Part shown: in pieces, positions 47,672 through 56,911 of the stretch
How positions within the stretch are numbered: position 1 is the stretch's first letter
Layout of the letters: every line of letters starts with the position of its first letter
Origin: a phage
Strand: one strand, 5' to 3'
Sequence record: PZ445450.1
DNA length: 64,000 nucleotides
Program-made: the position numbers and the translations under genes
The notes under the pieces: generated by a model
Told to the model about the DNA's origin: nothing
The model's database searches: none
Seen by the model: the letters and a program-made list of their open reading frames with translations, nothing else

Positions 47672-48265
47672 TCAAATACCTTCTAAAAACTTTCCTATTT
47701 TATACCAACTATTGGTGGTATAGTCAACACTGACCTTCAACTCCTCGAATTGCTCATAAGGAGTGTCTTTTAAGATTTTAATAACTTCAGGGCGTGAAGC
47801 GAATTGGTTCAGGTATTCATGCCTGTCGTCAATTATAACATCTACAGCCACATTCCCTTTGAAATGTGTGGCGTAGAAGCCGTGGCCCTGGGTGTGATCG
47901 TCCAGATCCATAAAATCGCTGGTCCAACGCTTTAAGAACCTTGATTTAGATGCAAGGTGACCTTTCTTGCATACCGAGATAAATGCAAGCTTGTGACCAC
48001 GAGCAACCAAATCTTTCATAACCTCAATAGCCCCCTCTTCAGGCTTAAGAAAGTCGTAGAGGAACGGATCACTCCAGAAATCAAAAGGTCCTATGATGTT
48101 TTCTTTGGGGCGATCAGGCCAATACTTTGACAGATCGTAATACATCAGTCCGTTAGAAGGTTTAGCGACTGTCTTACTGGCTGGACCATACAAACGCTCC
48201 AACCACTCCCACCATGCTGTTCCTGAATCTACCAGTGTCAAATCTACATCAATTCCGATTAACAT
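47672..48265 (-). CDS. HAD-family 5'(3')-deoxyribonucleotidase-like protein
   Basis: DxDxT motif IDVDLT; later VIIDDR. Confidence 0.55.
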   Translation of the reverse strand: MLIGIDVDLTLVDSGTAWWEWLERLYGPASKTVAKPSNGLMYYDLSKYWPDRPKENIIGPFDFWSDPFLYDFLKPEEGAIEVMKDLVARGHKLAFISVCKKGHLASKSRFLKRWTSDFMDLDDHTQGHGFYATHFKGNVAVDVIIDDRHEYLNQFASRPEVIKILKDTPYEQFEELKVSVDYTTNSWYKIGKFLEGI

Positions 48266-48873
48266 TCTTCTTGGGCCTCTTTAGCATCAATATACTTGCA
48301 CACAATCTCCGATGCACATTCCCAAGGTGCACCTTCAGGGTTTACAACATCGAACTCAATTCCTTTTATTCCGTTCTTTTCCAGGCTTAGATAGGTTCTG
48401 GAATCATTTCCCCAGTCATATCCGGCCCGGTGAATACGGAACAACAACAGATCTCCACCTGTGCTGTATGCGTACTCGCTAAGGCATGCCAGCTCCTCTT
48501 TGAAGCCACCATCGGAGTAAACAACAACCCCTTTACCTTCTGGGAAATCTTTCTCCAGAGAAGCAACACTGGCCTTTCCGAAGGCATCACTGCCGAATAC
48601 AGGTTTAATCAGGGCCTCGCTACAATGGATCATCCACTCACGAGGAGAAACGTGCTTGCCATCGATCATCAAGAACGGGCACGGCTCTTCTTTATAGCGG
48701 CGATCATAGAATGCATTCCACAACTGTGGTGAAATACCTGCTGCCTTAATTGCCACGCTGAATAGCATTTCCTTTACCTCGCGGTGATGCGAGTTTGGAA
48801 TAGCTTCCAACAAAAGATCTGCGATATGGTCTTTTCCAGAACTTGGTGGAGCATTAAGAACAATAATATCCAT
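48259..48873 (-). CDS. dNMP kinase-like P-loop protein
   Basis: N-terminal MDIIVLNAPPSSGKDH resembles T4 gp1 MKLIFLSGVKRSGKDT. Confidence 0.55.
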   Translation of the reverse strand: MDIIVLNAPPSSGKDHIADLLLEAIPNSHHREVKEMLFSVAIKAAGISPQLWNAFYDRRYKEEPCPFLMIDGKHVSPREWMIHCSEALIKPVFGSDAFGKASVASLEKDFPEGKGVVVYSDGGFKEELACLSEYAYSTGGDLLLFRIHRAGYDWGNDSRTYLSLEKNGIKGIEFDVVNPEGAPWECASEIVCKYIDAKEAQEEC

Positions 48874-49076
48874 TAAAAACCTCCGTGATATTCTTCGACT
48901 GCATCAATAATACTTTTACACTTATCTACCAGCTCGTTAGCCACTACAGCATCATCTTCCCAAACAGCCTCCTCAATCTGATCAAGCAGTGATCGCATCT
49001 TCCCCATCATCTCTGGAACAAAGTCTTCTGAAAAGCTGTCTGGAATTGTTAACTCTGGTGTCATTGCGGTCTCCAA
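48873..49076 (-). CDS. Hypothetical acidic protein
   Basis: 67 aa ORF, start/stop overlap. Confidence 0.4.
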   Translation of the reverse strand: METAMTPELTIPDSFSEDFVPEMMGKMRSLLDQIEEAVWEDDAVVANELVDKCKSIIDAVEEYHGGF

Positions 49077-49091
49077 TCATACTGTGCGTTA

Positions 49092-49550
49092 TTAGAAGTT
49101 TGTTTTTACACGTCCCTTTTCATCTACTTCGTTGTTAGCTAAAAGCGTTACAAAGTCTGTAAAACGAACATGAAGAACTCTTTTCTTATCTAGATATCCT
49201 AAAGCCACACCTGAGAAATTTATCATCAAAGGGGCTAAAGAAGCTCTAGCATTAAAATGCTGCTGCTCCACTCTCCCAACACCCTTAGTATAAGAAGGGT
49301 TGAGATTGTAAGTTCTGAATCCAAGTTTTGTTGGAGCTTTAGAATTAAAAACAACTTTATAACGTTTCTTACTCAGCTTATGTTCCAGAATAAGCATACC
49401 CTTTTCACCTCGGATAAGCTGAAAATCTGTAAAATGCTCTTTTAAGACAAAAGGTAGTGCCAGCCCCATAGCCTGCCCCCTTTGCACGGCTGTCTCACCA
49501 AAAGCTTTTGCATCGGTAAGCTCTTTAGTCAAGTCTATGCTTTTGATCAT
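49092..49550 (-). CDS. Hypothetical protein
   Basis: 152 aa ORF. Confidence 0.5.
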   Translation of the reverse strand: MIKSIDLTKELTDAKAFGETAVQRGQAMGLALPFVLKEHFTDFQLIRGEKGMLILEHKLSKKRYKVVFNSKAPTKLGFRTYNLNPSYTKGVGRVEQQHFNARASLAPLMINFSGVALGYLDKKRVLHVRFTDFVTLLANNEVDEKGRVKTNF

Positions 49551-50331
49551 ACCTGGTCTCCAAAATGTATTGTAGTTCTTTCTTGCCTATACTCTTCATT
49601 CCAGCAGTCTTACCTGCTTCTTCTTGAAAAGAAGAATAGCACTCAACAAACACTCTGTCAACACCATCAACTAAAGATTTTATGAAATATGTTGATTCTT
49701 CAGATTTTGGGTCATCATCTCCCAATACTTTCCCAGCATTATACCCAACACGTCTTATACAGAAGTCGTAATCGTCCGGTGTGCTAAAAGAAAATAACTT
49801 ATTCTCCCCGATCTCTACAGGGTCCCTATTGCACACCTTTTTCTCCCAAATTTGGAAAACACATGGCACGTCATAAGGTTTGCCGTTAAGTAAAAACGAG
49901 TTCTTGGGGCACCTTTCGCTGTAAATAAGGTGCATCGACATGTCCAGTTTGTTTGCAAAAAATATTTTTTCAAAAGTTCGTGGCAAGATGAAGGCTATAG
50001 CTCCACCAGGCTCTAGCAATGATGCACAGTGGTTAAAGAACTTGCAAGCTAAAGACGAATTTTTGCCGAATGGAGGATTACCTATGAATACATCAGCCTT
50101 GGGATACACCTCTAAGAAGTTTGCCTTAATACACGGGGTTGGGCCTTCAAATTCAGGATCTGGTACCAAATCATACGACAGTATCTCTGAAAATAGTTTT
50201 GAAAAAGAACCCTTTCCAGCAGAAGGCTCAACGTATGCACAATTCCCATACTTACCTTTTACTTTACCAACAAGATATTCTGCATACTCGGGGTCTGTGT
50301 AATATTTGTCGTTGGACTCTTTCTTGCTCAA
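49525..50331 (-). CDS. DNA N6-adenine methyltransferase (gamma-class order of motifs)
   Basis: Motif I YVEPSAGKGSF, motif IV VFIGNPPFG; start set at TTG after GGAGG RBS because the ORF-track ATG lies inside a terminator hairpin. Confidence 0.65.
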   Translation of the reverse strand: MSKKESNDKYYTDPEYAEYLVGKVKGKYGNCAYVEPSAGKGSFSKLFSEILSYDLVPDPEFEGPTPCIKANFLEVYPKADVFIGNPPFGKNSSLACKFFNHCASLLEPGGAIAFILPRTFEKIFFANKLDMSMHLIYSERCPKNSFLLNGKPYDVPCVFQIWEKKVCNRDPVEIGENKLFSFSTPDDYDFCIRRVGYNAGKVLGDDDPKSEESTYFIKSLVDGVDRVFVECYSSFQEEAGKTAGMKSIGKKELQYILETRYDQKHRLD

Positions 50332-50340
50332 AGTACCTCC

Positions 50341-50370
50341 AAAAGGAAAAGGGAGGCGCAAGCCTCCCTC
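50341..50370 (-). terminator. Rho-independent terminator
   Basis: gggaggcttgcgcctccc plus T-tract on the - strand. Confidence 0.6.
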
Positions 50371-50376
50371 TATTTG

Positions 50377-51360
50377 TTAGATTATCTGAATAAGGGTGTT
50401 TTTCATCTCTTCCCTAGTACGGATGTTGTTACGATCACGAACAACAGATCCACAACCTTCGCAGCGGTATGTTTTAAATGCACTCAGCTGAGTATACGCC
50501 AAAGCTTCTTCCTCGTGAAGGTGTTCTCCACCACAACGTGGGCAACGAACTTTTGACTCCTCATCTTGGTAGTACAACGACATGTTAGGGTGCTGCTTAG
50601 CAAACGGACGCGCCAGCAAATACAGGCCTTCAAGAGACAAGATGTCCCCAACATTATACTCCCGCATCTGTTTAAACGCATCAAGATCACCATGAACACA
50701 CTTGATCCACATTTCAAATGTGTGGTCAATCAGCTTCTGTCGGGCCAGTTGGAAGTATTTACATGCATACTCTAACGTGTTTGCATTCAAACGGAATGCC
50801 TTTTTAATCATCTTGAGGGTGTCAACCTCTTTGTATGGACTTGTTGGCGGTAAGCCGTGAAATGCAAATCGTTGGTTGGCCCATCCACAGTCAAAACCAG
50901 AGTTGTGCGCTACTGCAACATCACATTTATCCAGATAATACCACAAATCTTGAATCAGTTCAAGATCGTTGTGGATATCCTCGCCCCACATTTTGTAATC
51001 AGGAAGAGCACAGTCAACCACGCTAGGGCTGTCTAACCATTTACCTGCGAAAGTTAGCATATAAGGCATAATTTCAATACCGCAGGTTTGAATGTTGGTC
51101 TTATAGTGCCCAAAGAACCAGCCGTTTGTTGGGGATGTCTCTGTATCATACACCCAAACTTTAGCGCCTTTGTGTTCTTCAAGGAAGCGCTCCGTTGCCT
51201 CTCCTACAATCTCTGACATATTCTCTTGTGCACGTTTAAGCTGTAGTCGGATCCAGCTCTCACGCGACTCACGCCCTAAAAATTCACGAGCAATTTGTCT
51301 ATTAGTGTATCCCTGTTGCTTTAGTGTTAAAATTTGCTCAAGAGTTAACTTTGTCATCAT
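50377..51360 (-). CDS. DEDDh-type 3'-5' exonuclease with C-terminal zinc ribbon
   Basis: Exo I VYDTETS, Exo II VAHNSGFDCGW; CPRCGG...CEGCGS. Confidence 0.6.
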   Translation of the reverse strand: MMTKLTLEQILTLKQQGYTNRQIAREFLGRESRESWIRLQLKRAQENMSEIVGEATERFLEEHKGAKVWVYDTETSPTNGWFFGHYKTNIQTCGIEIMPYMLTFAGKWLDSPSVVDCALPDYKMWGEDIHNDLELIQDLWYYLDKCDVAVAHNSGFDCGWANQRFAFHGLPPTSPYKEVDTLKMIKKAFRLNANTLEYACKYFQLARQKLIDHTFEMWIKCVHGDLDAFKQMREYNVGDILSLEGLYLLARPFAKQHPNMSLYYQDEESKVRCPRCGGEHLHEEEALAYTQLSAFKTYRCEGCGSVVRDRNNIRTREEMKNTLIQII

Positions 51361-51372
51361 CGTTAAGATTCC

Positions 51373-51594
51373 TTAGTAAAACTGAAGAATGTCTTTTAAA
51401 GCGAAGTCACGGTATTCGCCCTTATCTACGTCAAATGCATGCATCAACCACTGCTCTTCTTTATGATACTCTGTAGAGCCAAACCATAAATTAGGCTCAG
51501 TAACGCAGCGATCTGCAACAACACCTTTCCAGTTACGGTATTTCATCCTGATCAGAACTGAATAGCAAGGATTGAATACCTTTTTCGTCCCCAT
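51373..51594 (-). CDS. Hypothetical protein
   Basis: GAGGAGAG RBS; overlaps the 3' end of the upstream gene. Confidence 0.35.
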   Translation of the reverse strand: MGTKKVFNPCYSVLIRMKYRNWKGVVADRCVTEPNLWFGSTEYHKEEQWLMHAFDVDKGEYRDFALKDILQFY

Positions 51595-52012
51595 AGAAAT
51601 CTCTCTCCTCAGTTTTCTTTATAAACTCCTGCATGTAGGCCTCAATAGCCTCATGCTTGGTATACTCTGAATTAATGACAAGACCGAGATCCGATTCTGC
51701 ACGTGCAATAATCGTAGCTTTAGAGCATCTCCTCAAGAACTTTGTCATATCATCTCTGTAATTTTTGTGGAGCGGGAAGTCGCTGTAGTCTTTCTCCAGA
51801 TAGTCAGCCATCCGGCGTAACGCCTCTGATAAACTGCAATCTGTATACTCGTTACAGTATTTCATCCAGTATTTAAGCACATACCCCTCAAAGGTATTAG
51901 TGCATTGGGACAAAACACCCCTGCAACGACCAGTCAGATGATCATGATCTAAACAAGGCTTACGAAGTGGTTCGCACAAGATTGGATCAAGACCATCCTG
52001 CTCTTCTGACAA
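51533..52012 (-). CDS. Endonuclease VII-family junction-resolving/debranching nuclease
   Basis: CEPLRKPCLDHDHLTGRCRG matches the endo VII C..C..HDH.TG..RG signature. Confidence 0.65.
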   Translation of the reverse strand: MSEEQDGLDPILCEPLRKPCLDHDHLTGRCRGVLSQCTNTFEGYVLKYWMKYCNEYTDCSLSEALRRMADYLEKDYSDFPLHKNYRDDMTKFLRRCSKATIIARAESDLGLVINSEYTKHEAIEAYMQEFIKKTEERDFYGDEKGIQSLLFSSDQDEIP

Positions 52013-52089
52013 TTCTTTCCGAAAGTCGGCTATGTCCTTAGAATCTTTTAGCCACCCGCTATGGACGGGGGCTTTGACAGCTTTCTTTC

Positions 52090-52719
52090 TTATTTTACGC
52101 TTTGCGATAATCCCTCCAGATGCGCCCTACCTATCCAATAAGCATCTGCGAGATCGGCCTTACCTTGTACCAAGTTGATCCCATCCAGGAACCCAGGTTC
52201 AGATACTTCGCAGGCCTTAACCATCAACTTTTTATCCATCGTAACAGGTTTCTTCACAGTATGCTCTTTACCTGTCCTTTTGTCAAGCTTTTTCTTCTCC
52301 TCAAAAGCAAGTTCTTCAGGAAGATGACTACGAGCAAACTTTTTGGCAGTTGTTGGTGTCACTGTGTGAACCTTAAACAGGCCGTCATTTTCACAATCTG
52401 CTAAAGCATCCCAAAGCATAACTTCAAGACCGTAAAACAACCCAGCCAGCTCACGTGTGGCATCACCTCGCGATCCAAAGGAAAGCCCTTCCATAACCAC
52501 AGTATCGACTCCGTGCGTGTGGATATAATATCTAACCTGTTTGCAGATCCAGTCAATACGCTCAGCAGCTGTTGCAAAAGAAACCGTCCCTGGTTTCTTC
52601 TCTTTTGCAGATGAGCTTTGTGTGCGTAACACAACCTTATGAACAGGCCTACCATCGTCCCATACAACACAGGCTGTGTGGGTAAGAGACTGGTCTATAG
52701 ACAGCAGTCTTTCTCTCAT
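52090..52719 (-). CDS. RuvC-like Holliday junction resolvase
   Basis: N-terminal LLSIDQS; VVMEGLSF; C-terminal ADLADAYWIGRAHL typical of the RuvC fold. Confidence 0.5.
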   Translation of the reverse strand: MRERLLSIDQSLTHTACVVWDDGRPVHKVVLRTQSSSAKEKKPGTVSFATAAERIDWICKQVRYYIHTHGVDTVVMEGLSFGSRGDATRELAGLFYGLEVMLWDALADCENDGLFKVHTVTPTTAKKFARSHLPEELAFEEKKKLDKRTGKEHTVKKPVTMDKKLMVKACEVSEPGFLDGINLVQGKADLADAYWIGRAHLEGLSQSVK

Positions 52720-53042
52720 GCTGTTTCCTCTTCATCTGGAGAATAAGCTTTGTCTTTGAATAGCACAAGAGAGCAAAGCTTAACGTCTGTTTCCACGCTG
52801 GTAAACATGCATAACCGCTCGCCCTCAATCAGCTCGCAATCCTCTTTTAAAACAGCAGACCATACACGATCATCTGCGTAATCATCAGTATACAGGATGT
52901 ATGCAATAGTGTCATCTTCATACAACCGCCACATACCTGTGGCAACAATAAATGTATTTTTTGTTTTAAGGGTCCCTGTTGTATGATCATCCTCAAAAAC
53001 AGCTTCCATAATTGCATTATCTACAGAATTTTTAGTCATCAA
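52716..53042 (-). CDS. Hypothetical protein
   Basis: 108 aa ORF; start overlaps the stop of the upstream gene. Confidence 0.45.
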   Translation of the reverse strand: MMTKNSVDNAIMEAVFEDDHTTGTLKTKNTFIVATGMWRLYEDDTIAYILYTDDYADDRVWSAVLKEDCELIEGERLCMFTSVETDVKLCSLVLFKDKAYSPDEEETA

Positions 53043-54178
53043 ATTGCTCCAACATTTCTAAGAACGTTAACAAGTTTTGTTTGATCATTGAATGTTCGCT
53101 TCATATACAAACAGTCAAAAATTATACTCATCCACTGACCTACGGAAATCCTACGGTCGATACCATTGAAATCAGTATACTTAACAGCACCTTTCGGAAA
53201 CCATTTTTTATACTGATCAATGATTGTTAACCACATCTCTTTCGGTGTGCTGCACTGGGACAGCAAGGAGAATGCAGATGCATCTCCAAACTTCCCTTTA
53301 CCAATAAGACCTTGGTAAGGCTTAATATTGTCAGCTGAGTCACCACATAGCATTTGATAACCGAAGAACAACATTCCATACCCACCAACATCGCCGTTTG
53401 GTTTCATGAATATGTTACCCATACCGTTATCAATGAGCATAGGTGTCTCTCTTACAAAATCACCTTTATCGTTCCTCATCGGATCGAATACAAGCCCAGG
53501 AAGTGTTCGCTGGTCCTTATCTATAGAGATAATAAACTTGTTGAACTTGCCTGTTTTCTGGTAGTGGTTCCAACCTTCAAATTGCTGGATAGCTAACCAG
53601 TCGTCAGCTTCAATACCGTTGATCACTTGAGCGTTATATTGCTTTTGGAGATACTGTCTTGCATCTTCAAGCAATAGTGGTCGAAGAGTATTGTTACGGT
53701 TGGCTTTATATCGTTCCGGCATGGGAAGATCTAGTCTGAAATTACCAGTACCCCCAAGCACTCCTACGCACCGATCTTCAGGAATACCGAGATAGTTAAG
53801 GACTGCATTAGCTTTACACTTAATTGTGTGCAAGCAGTTCTCTACAGGATCAGGGGTTTGGATATCCAAGACATCGAAATCTTCTCGTGTCCACGGAATA
53901 AACTCCTTGCCAGCTTTTTTACATGCAGCTTCACGGTTGGTGTTCTCAGCCTTTAACCAACCACCAACTGCGTTCTTCTGCCTCCCCCAAAACTCTGTTC
54001 GTGTTTTAAACACCTTCTTACGTCCTGAGGCTTTATGTGTTACCTCAATTGTCCTTTTTTCACAACTTGCTGCAGCTTGGTATGCAACCTGATCGAAGTC
54101 ATAATAAACTATAGCGTCAGGTTCAAGAAGATCAGCTAGACAATCTATGGACTCAATAAGCGGATATTCTCTACTCAA
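53039..54178 (-). CDS. 5'-3' exonuclease / flap endonuclease (FEN, RNase H-like)
   Basis: RYKANR, GIEADDWLA, SIDKDQRTL and GDSADNIKP motifs. Confidence 0.8.
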   Translation of the reverse strand: MSREYPLIESIDCLADLLEPDAIVYYDFDQVAYQAAASCEKRTIEVTHKASGRKKVFKTRTEFWGRQKNAVGGWLKAENTNREAACKKAGKEFIPWTREDFDVLDIQTPDPVENCLHTIKCKANAVLNYLGIPEDRCVGVLGGTGNFRLDLPMPERYKANRNNTLRPLLLEDARQYLQKQYNAQVINGIEADDWLAIQQFEGWNHYQKTGKFNKFIISIDKDQRTLPGLVFDPMRNDKGDFVRETPMLIDNGMGNIFMKPNGDVGGYGMLFFGYQMLCGDSADNIKPYQGLIGKGKFGDASAFSLLSQCSTPKEMWLTIIDQYKKWFPKGAVKYTDFNGIDRRISVGQWMSIIFDCLYMKRTFNDQTKLVNVLRNVGAI

Positions 54179-54479
54179 AGACCCTCCTGTTAGTTATTCT
54201 GCAAGATGGTTGGATGCTGTAATGGAATGCATCATCACTCTCTGCAATAAGCGACTCAACATCCCAATATTTTTCAAAAAGGAACGGATTAGACCCCCAG
54301 TGGTGGGTTATTTTCATCAAGGAGTCTGGTATCAGATAGCCACAGATCTTAATTACATCGCCAGGTTGAATTGTGTTTTCATGAAGGTTGCTTGCCTTCT
54401 TCAGAATCATACCTTTATGATTCTCGTTTGCATACAACTGGACAATATCTTTATCTTCAACAATAAAAATTTTAAGCAT
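54171..54479 (-). CDS. Hypothetical protein
   Basis: 102 aa ORF. Confidence 0.45.
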   Translation of the reverse strand: MLKIFIVEDKDIVQLYANENHKGMILKKASNLHENTIQPGDVIKICGYLIPDSLMKITHHWGSNPFLFEKYWDVESLIAESDDAFHYSIQPSCRITNRRVFE

Positions 54480-54538
54480 ATCTAGTTCTCCTAGTTTATA
54501 GATATCTGACCGATAATATCAGATTAATAACACTTTTG

Positions 54539-54832
54539 TCAAGACTTTTTAGTCTTTCTTGGAGAGCTTTTTGTTGATCTTTTCCTTTTGTGGTAGATTC
54601 CAAGTGCAGCATTTTCTTGGGCGCACGTTTTAACAGTTCTCAGACAAGAACTTTCAGCTTTAGGCAGGTTTAACTCCCACCAACCAAGCCAGTAAAGTTC
54701 TGATTCAGACAACTGCTCAGATTCAGCCTTCCGATACAAGGCTTGCATACCTCTGATGATATCGTCCAGAGGTGTATCGAATACAAAAGCTGTCTTATCG
54801 AATTTCTCTTTTACAGGTCTCTTAGCCATCAA
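54539..54832 (-). CDS. Hypothetical basic protein
   Basis: 97 aa ORF with Lys/Arg-rich tail. Confidence 0.45.
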   Translation of the reverse strand: MMAKRPVKEKFDKTAFVFDTPLDDIIRGMQALYRKAESEQLSESELYWLGWWELNLPKAESSCLRTVKTCAQENAALGIYHKRKRSTKSSPRKTKKS

Positions 54833-55286
54833 GGTAACCCTCTATCCACGAAAAGTCAGTCTTCCATTCTGGAACTTTACTAAGCTCACGCCATTCTGCA
54901 AAGCAGTCTCGGTAATACGCCTCTGCCATACCCTTGGTGATCTTATTCACCTTAGCCAACTGATTAACTGCCTGAGCATACTTTCCACGAATATTTGCTA
55001 ACCCAGGATGCACCGATGTGTGACAATCTGGGCACAACGCTATCAGTCCGACAAGCCGGATCACTCCCTCTTCGAAAGTGTAAAGTTCATGACACTCCAC
55101 TGGATGTTTGCTGCCTTTACCTCCGCACACCTCACAAGTGTAGTTGGCTTCTCTATAGCACTTCTTTCGGATCTTATCCCACTCGCTCTTCTTCACAGCG
55201 TTCCGGAGGTTATTATACCAAGCTGTTTCTGGGATCAGCTGCACAATAAGCCTGCGTTCAGACTTCATTAAACGTCCGTCTTCCAC
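54822..55286 (-). CDS. HNH-family endonuclease-like protein
   Basis: CEVCGG...HPVECHE...CPDCH metal-binding pattern. Confidence 0.45.
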   Translation of the reverse strand: MEDGRLMKSERRLIVQLIPETAWYNNLRNAVKKSEWDKIRKKCYREANYTCEVCGGKGSKHPVECHELYTFEEGVIRLVGLIALCPDCHTSVHPGLANIRGKYAQAVNQLAKVNKITKGMAEAYYRDCFAEWRELSKVPEWKTDFSWIEGYLDG

Positions 55287-55295
55287 GTATCCCCC

Positions 55296-55502
55296 TTATT
55301 CAAAGAAATGGGTGCGAGGGCAGGAACCTGCCTCGCCTTGTTTCACAAGCTCGTAGAGCTCACCTTGGCTTGTCTCATAAAGGCAAATACGTTTACCATT
55401 GTCCCGATATACATCGACAAGATACGCTGTTTCACCTGCAAACACGACACCACAGGCCAGACATGCTACCATGAACAAAATTGCCAACAGAAAATCTTTC
55501 AT
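55296..55502 (-). CDS. Small lipoprotein/secreted protein
   Basis: Signal-peptide-like MKDFLLAILFMVACLACG with lipobox-like Cys. Confidence 0.45.
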   Translation of the reverse strand: MKDFLLAILFMVACLACGVVFAGETAYLVDVYRDNGKRICLYETSQGELYELVKQGEAGSCPRTHFFE

Positions 55503-55565
55503 GGTTAAACCCTCCCAAACATTTTATGAGGTGACAATACCACGTCCGTGTGGTTATGTCAACCA

Positions 55566-56045
55566 TTAATCCAGTACTGTGCCTCCGGCTTTTCGGAAGA
55601 CGTCCAGCATCTTCTCTATGTTTTCTACACGCTGATCATACAGTTTACCAGCCCCCGGTGGTGGTGGGAAACTTGCCCAACGGCTACGGCATTTATAGAT
55701 AGCTGAACGGATCCTTCCTTCATAAATGTCATCAAGGGCTTTACATTCGCGGATCAACTGTTTTGCTATGGCATCCTGACTTGCCGGACCAAAATCTCTT
55801 AAGCCAAGCTGCTTCATGTAATGCTTAGCGTATTTCTCCAGAATTTGGTATCTGCCAAATGCTGAAGAGGTAAGGCCTGGTCTTAATTTGACATAAATAC
55901 CGGGATGCCTGCTGAGATCCTCTATGTATTTTCCACCAACAAGGATGTGGTACGAAGCATCTTCGCCACCATACCTGTCAGTACCTTCTGAATGTGAAAT
56001 CATCGAAAAAAATGCTCTCAATTGTACATTTTTATCTAGCTTCAT
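55566..56045 (-). CDS. Endolysin, lambda R-like lytic transglycosylase
   Basis: Aligns along its length with lambda R (AFLDMLAWSEGTD..., GRYQ, FSPKSQD); ours AFFSMISHSEGTD...GRYQ...FGPASQD. Confidence 0.85.
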   Translation of the reverse strand: MKLDKNVQLRAFFSMISHSEGTDRYGGEDASYHILVGGKYIEDLSRHPGIYVKLRPGLTSSAFGRYQILEKYAKHYMKQLGLRDFGPASQDAIAKQLIRECKALDDIYEGRIRSAIYKCRSRWASFPPPPGAGKLYDQRVENIEKMLDVFRKAGGTVLD

Positions 56046-56758
56046 TTAAACCTCCGATTAAACCACTCTTCCAACGAATCATCATGTTTTGCATATTCTG
56101 CGGATTTTCTGACGCATACAGCATCCCACCACTCCGTGTATTGCCCCAAATGATACCTTTTGCTGTTTTCAGCAATCTGAACTTGCCACTTGTCAGTATC
56201 GTGTCTCCATTTAACACCTGTACACCCAGATGTGTTATTAAGTTTTAGTATTTTGCCTTTATAAGTACCTGAAACTAGCTGTTTTCTTGCCTCTACAGCC
56301 TCATCTTTGGTCTTAAAGTACCCAGCAAACCTATCTCCTTCGAGGGTGTTATATACTGCATACCATAAACCACATTTCTTATAAACGCCTAAGTTACCGT
56401 GCGGGTTATTTTTCGGGAGTAAATTATTTCTTATGCGGTCCTTGTTGTTATCACTGTAGGTGCCCATAGAAAGATTTTCTATATTATCCTGGCCTTTTAT
56501 ATCATTTAAATGCCTGACAAGAAAGTTTTTTGTTAAAGAGTTATAAAACATGTCGTAAATAATTCTATGACGCTTCTTATCACCACCTTTATGAGAGTTG
56601 ATTATAACATACCCTTGTGCATCATTACAACCAGCTTTTGTGCCAGCTTTTATGAAGAGTTGATTTTTACCTCGGCCTCTATAATGATTCTTTGTCCAAA
56701 CTAGCTCCCCATCTTTGTACCAAAATGCAAAATTATCATTGAAGAAGAAATTAATCAT
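56042..56758 (-). CDS. HNH homing endonuclease with two AP2 DNA-binding domains
   Basis: HNH_3 pattern GYVIINSH...RHRIIYDMF...VRHLNDIKGQDNIENL; AP2-like GVYKK.GLWYA and GVKWRHDTDKWQVQI. Confidence 0.8.
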   Translation of the reverse strand: MINFFFNDNFAFWYKDGELVWTKNHYRGRGKNQLFIKAGTKAGCNDAQGYVIINSHKGGDKKRHRIIYDMFYNSLTKNFLVRHLNDIKGQDNIENLSMGTYSDNNKDRIRNNLLPKNNPHGNLGVYKKCGLWYAVYNTLEGDRFAGYFKTKDEAVEARKQLVSGTYKGKILKLNNTSGCTGVKWRHDTDKWQVQIAENSKRYHLGQYTEWWDAVCVRKSAEYAKHDDSLEEWFNRRFK

Positions 56759-56911
56759 TTTTTTTACTCTCCAATCTACTTATAGCATATCCGATCAACA
56801 ACACTGTACAGCATGGTTATATTGCACAGTGCGAATATCAAGGCATATGCAGGTGCCAATTGAAAAAACCCTCATTCAATTGGCTACCGTTACCTACTGA
56901 ACCTTCCTACA

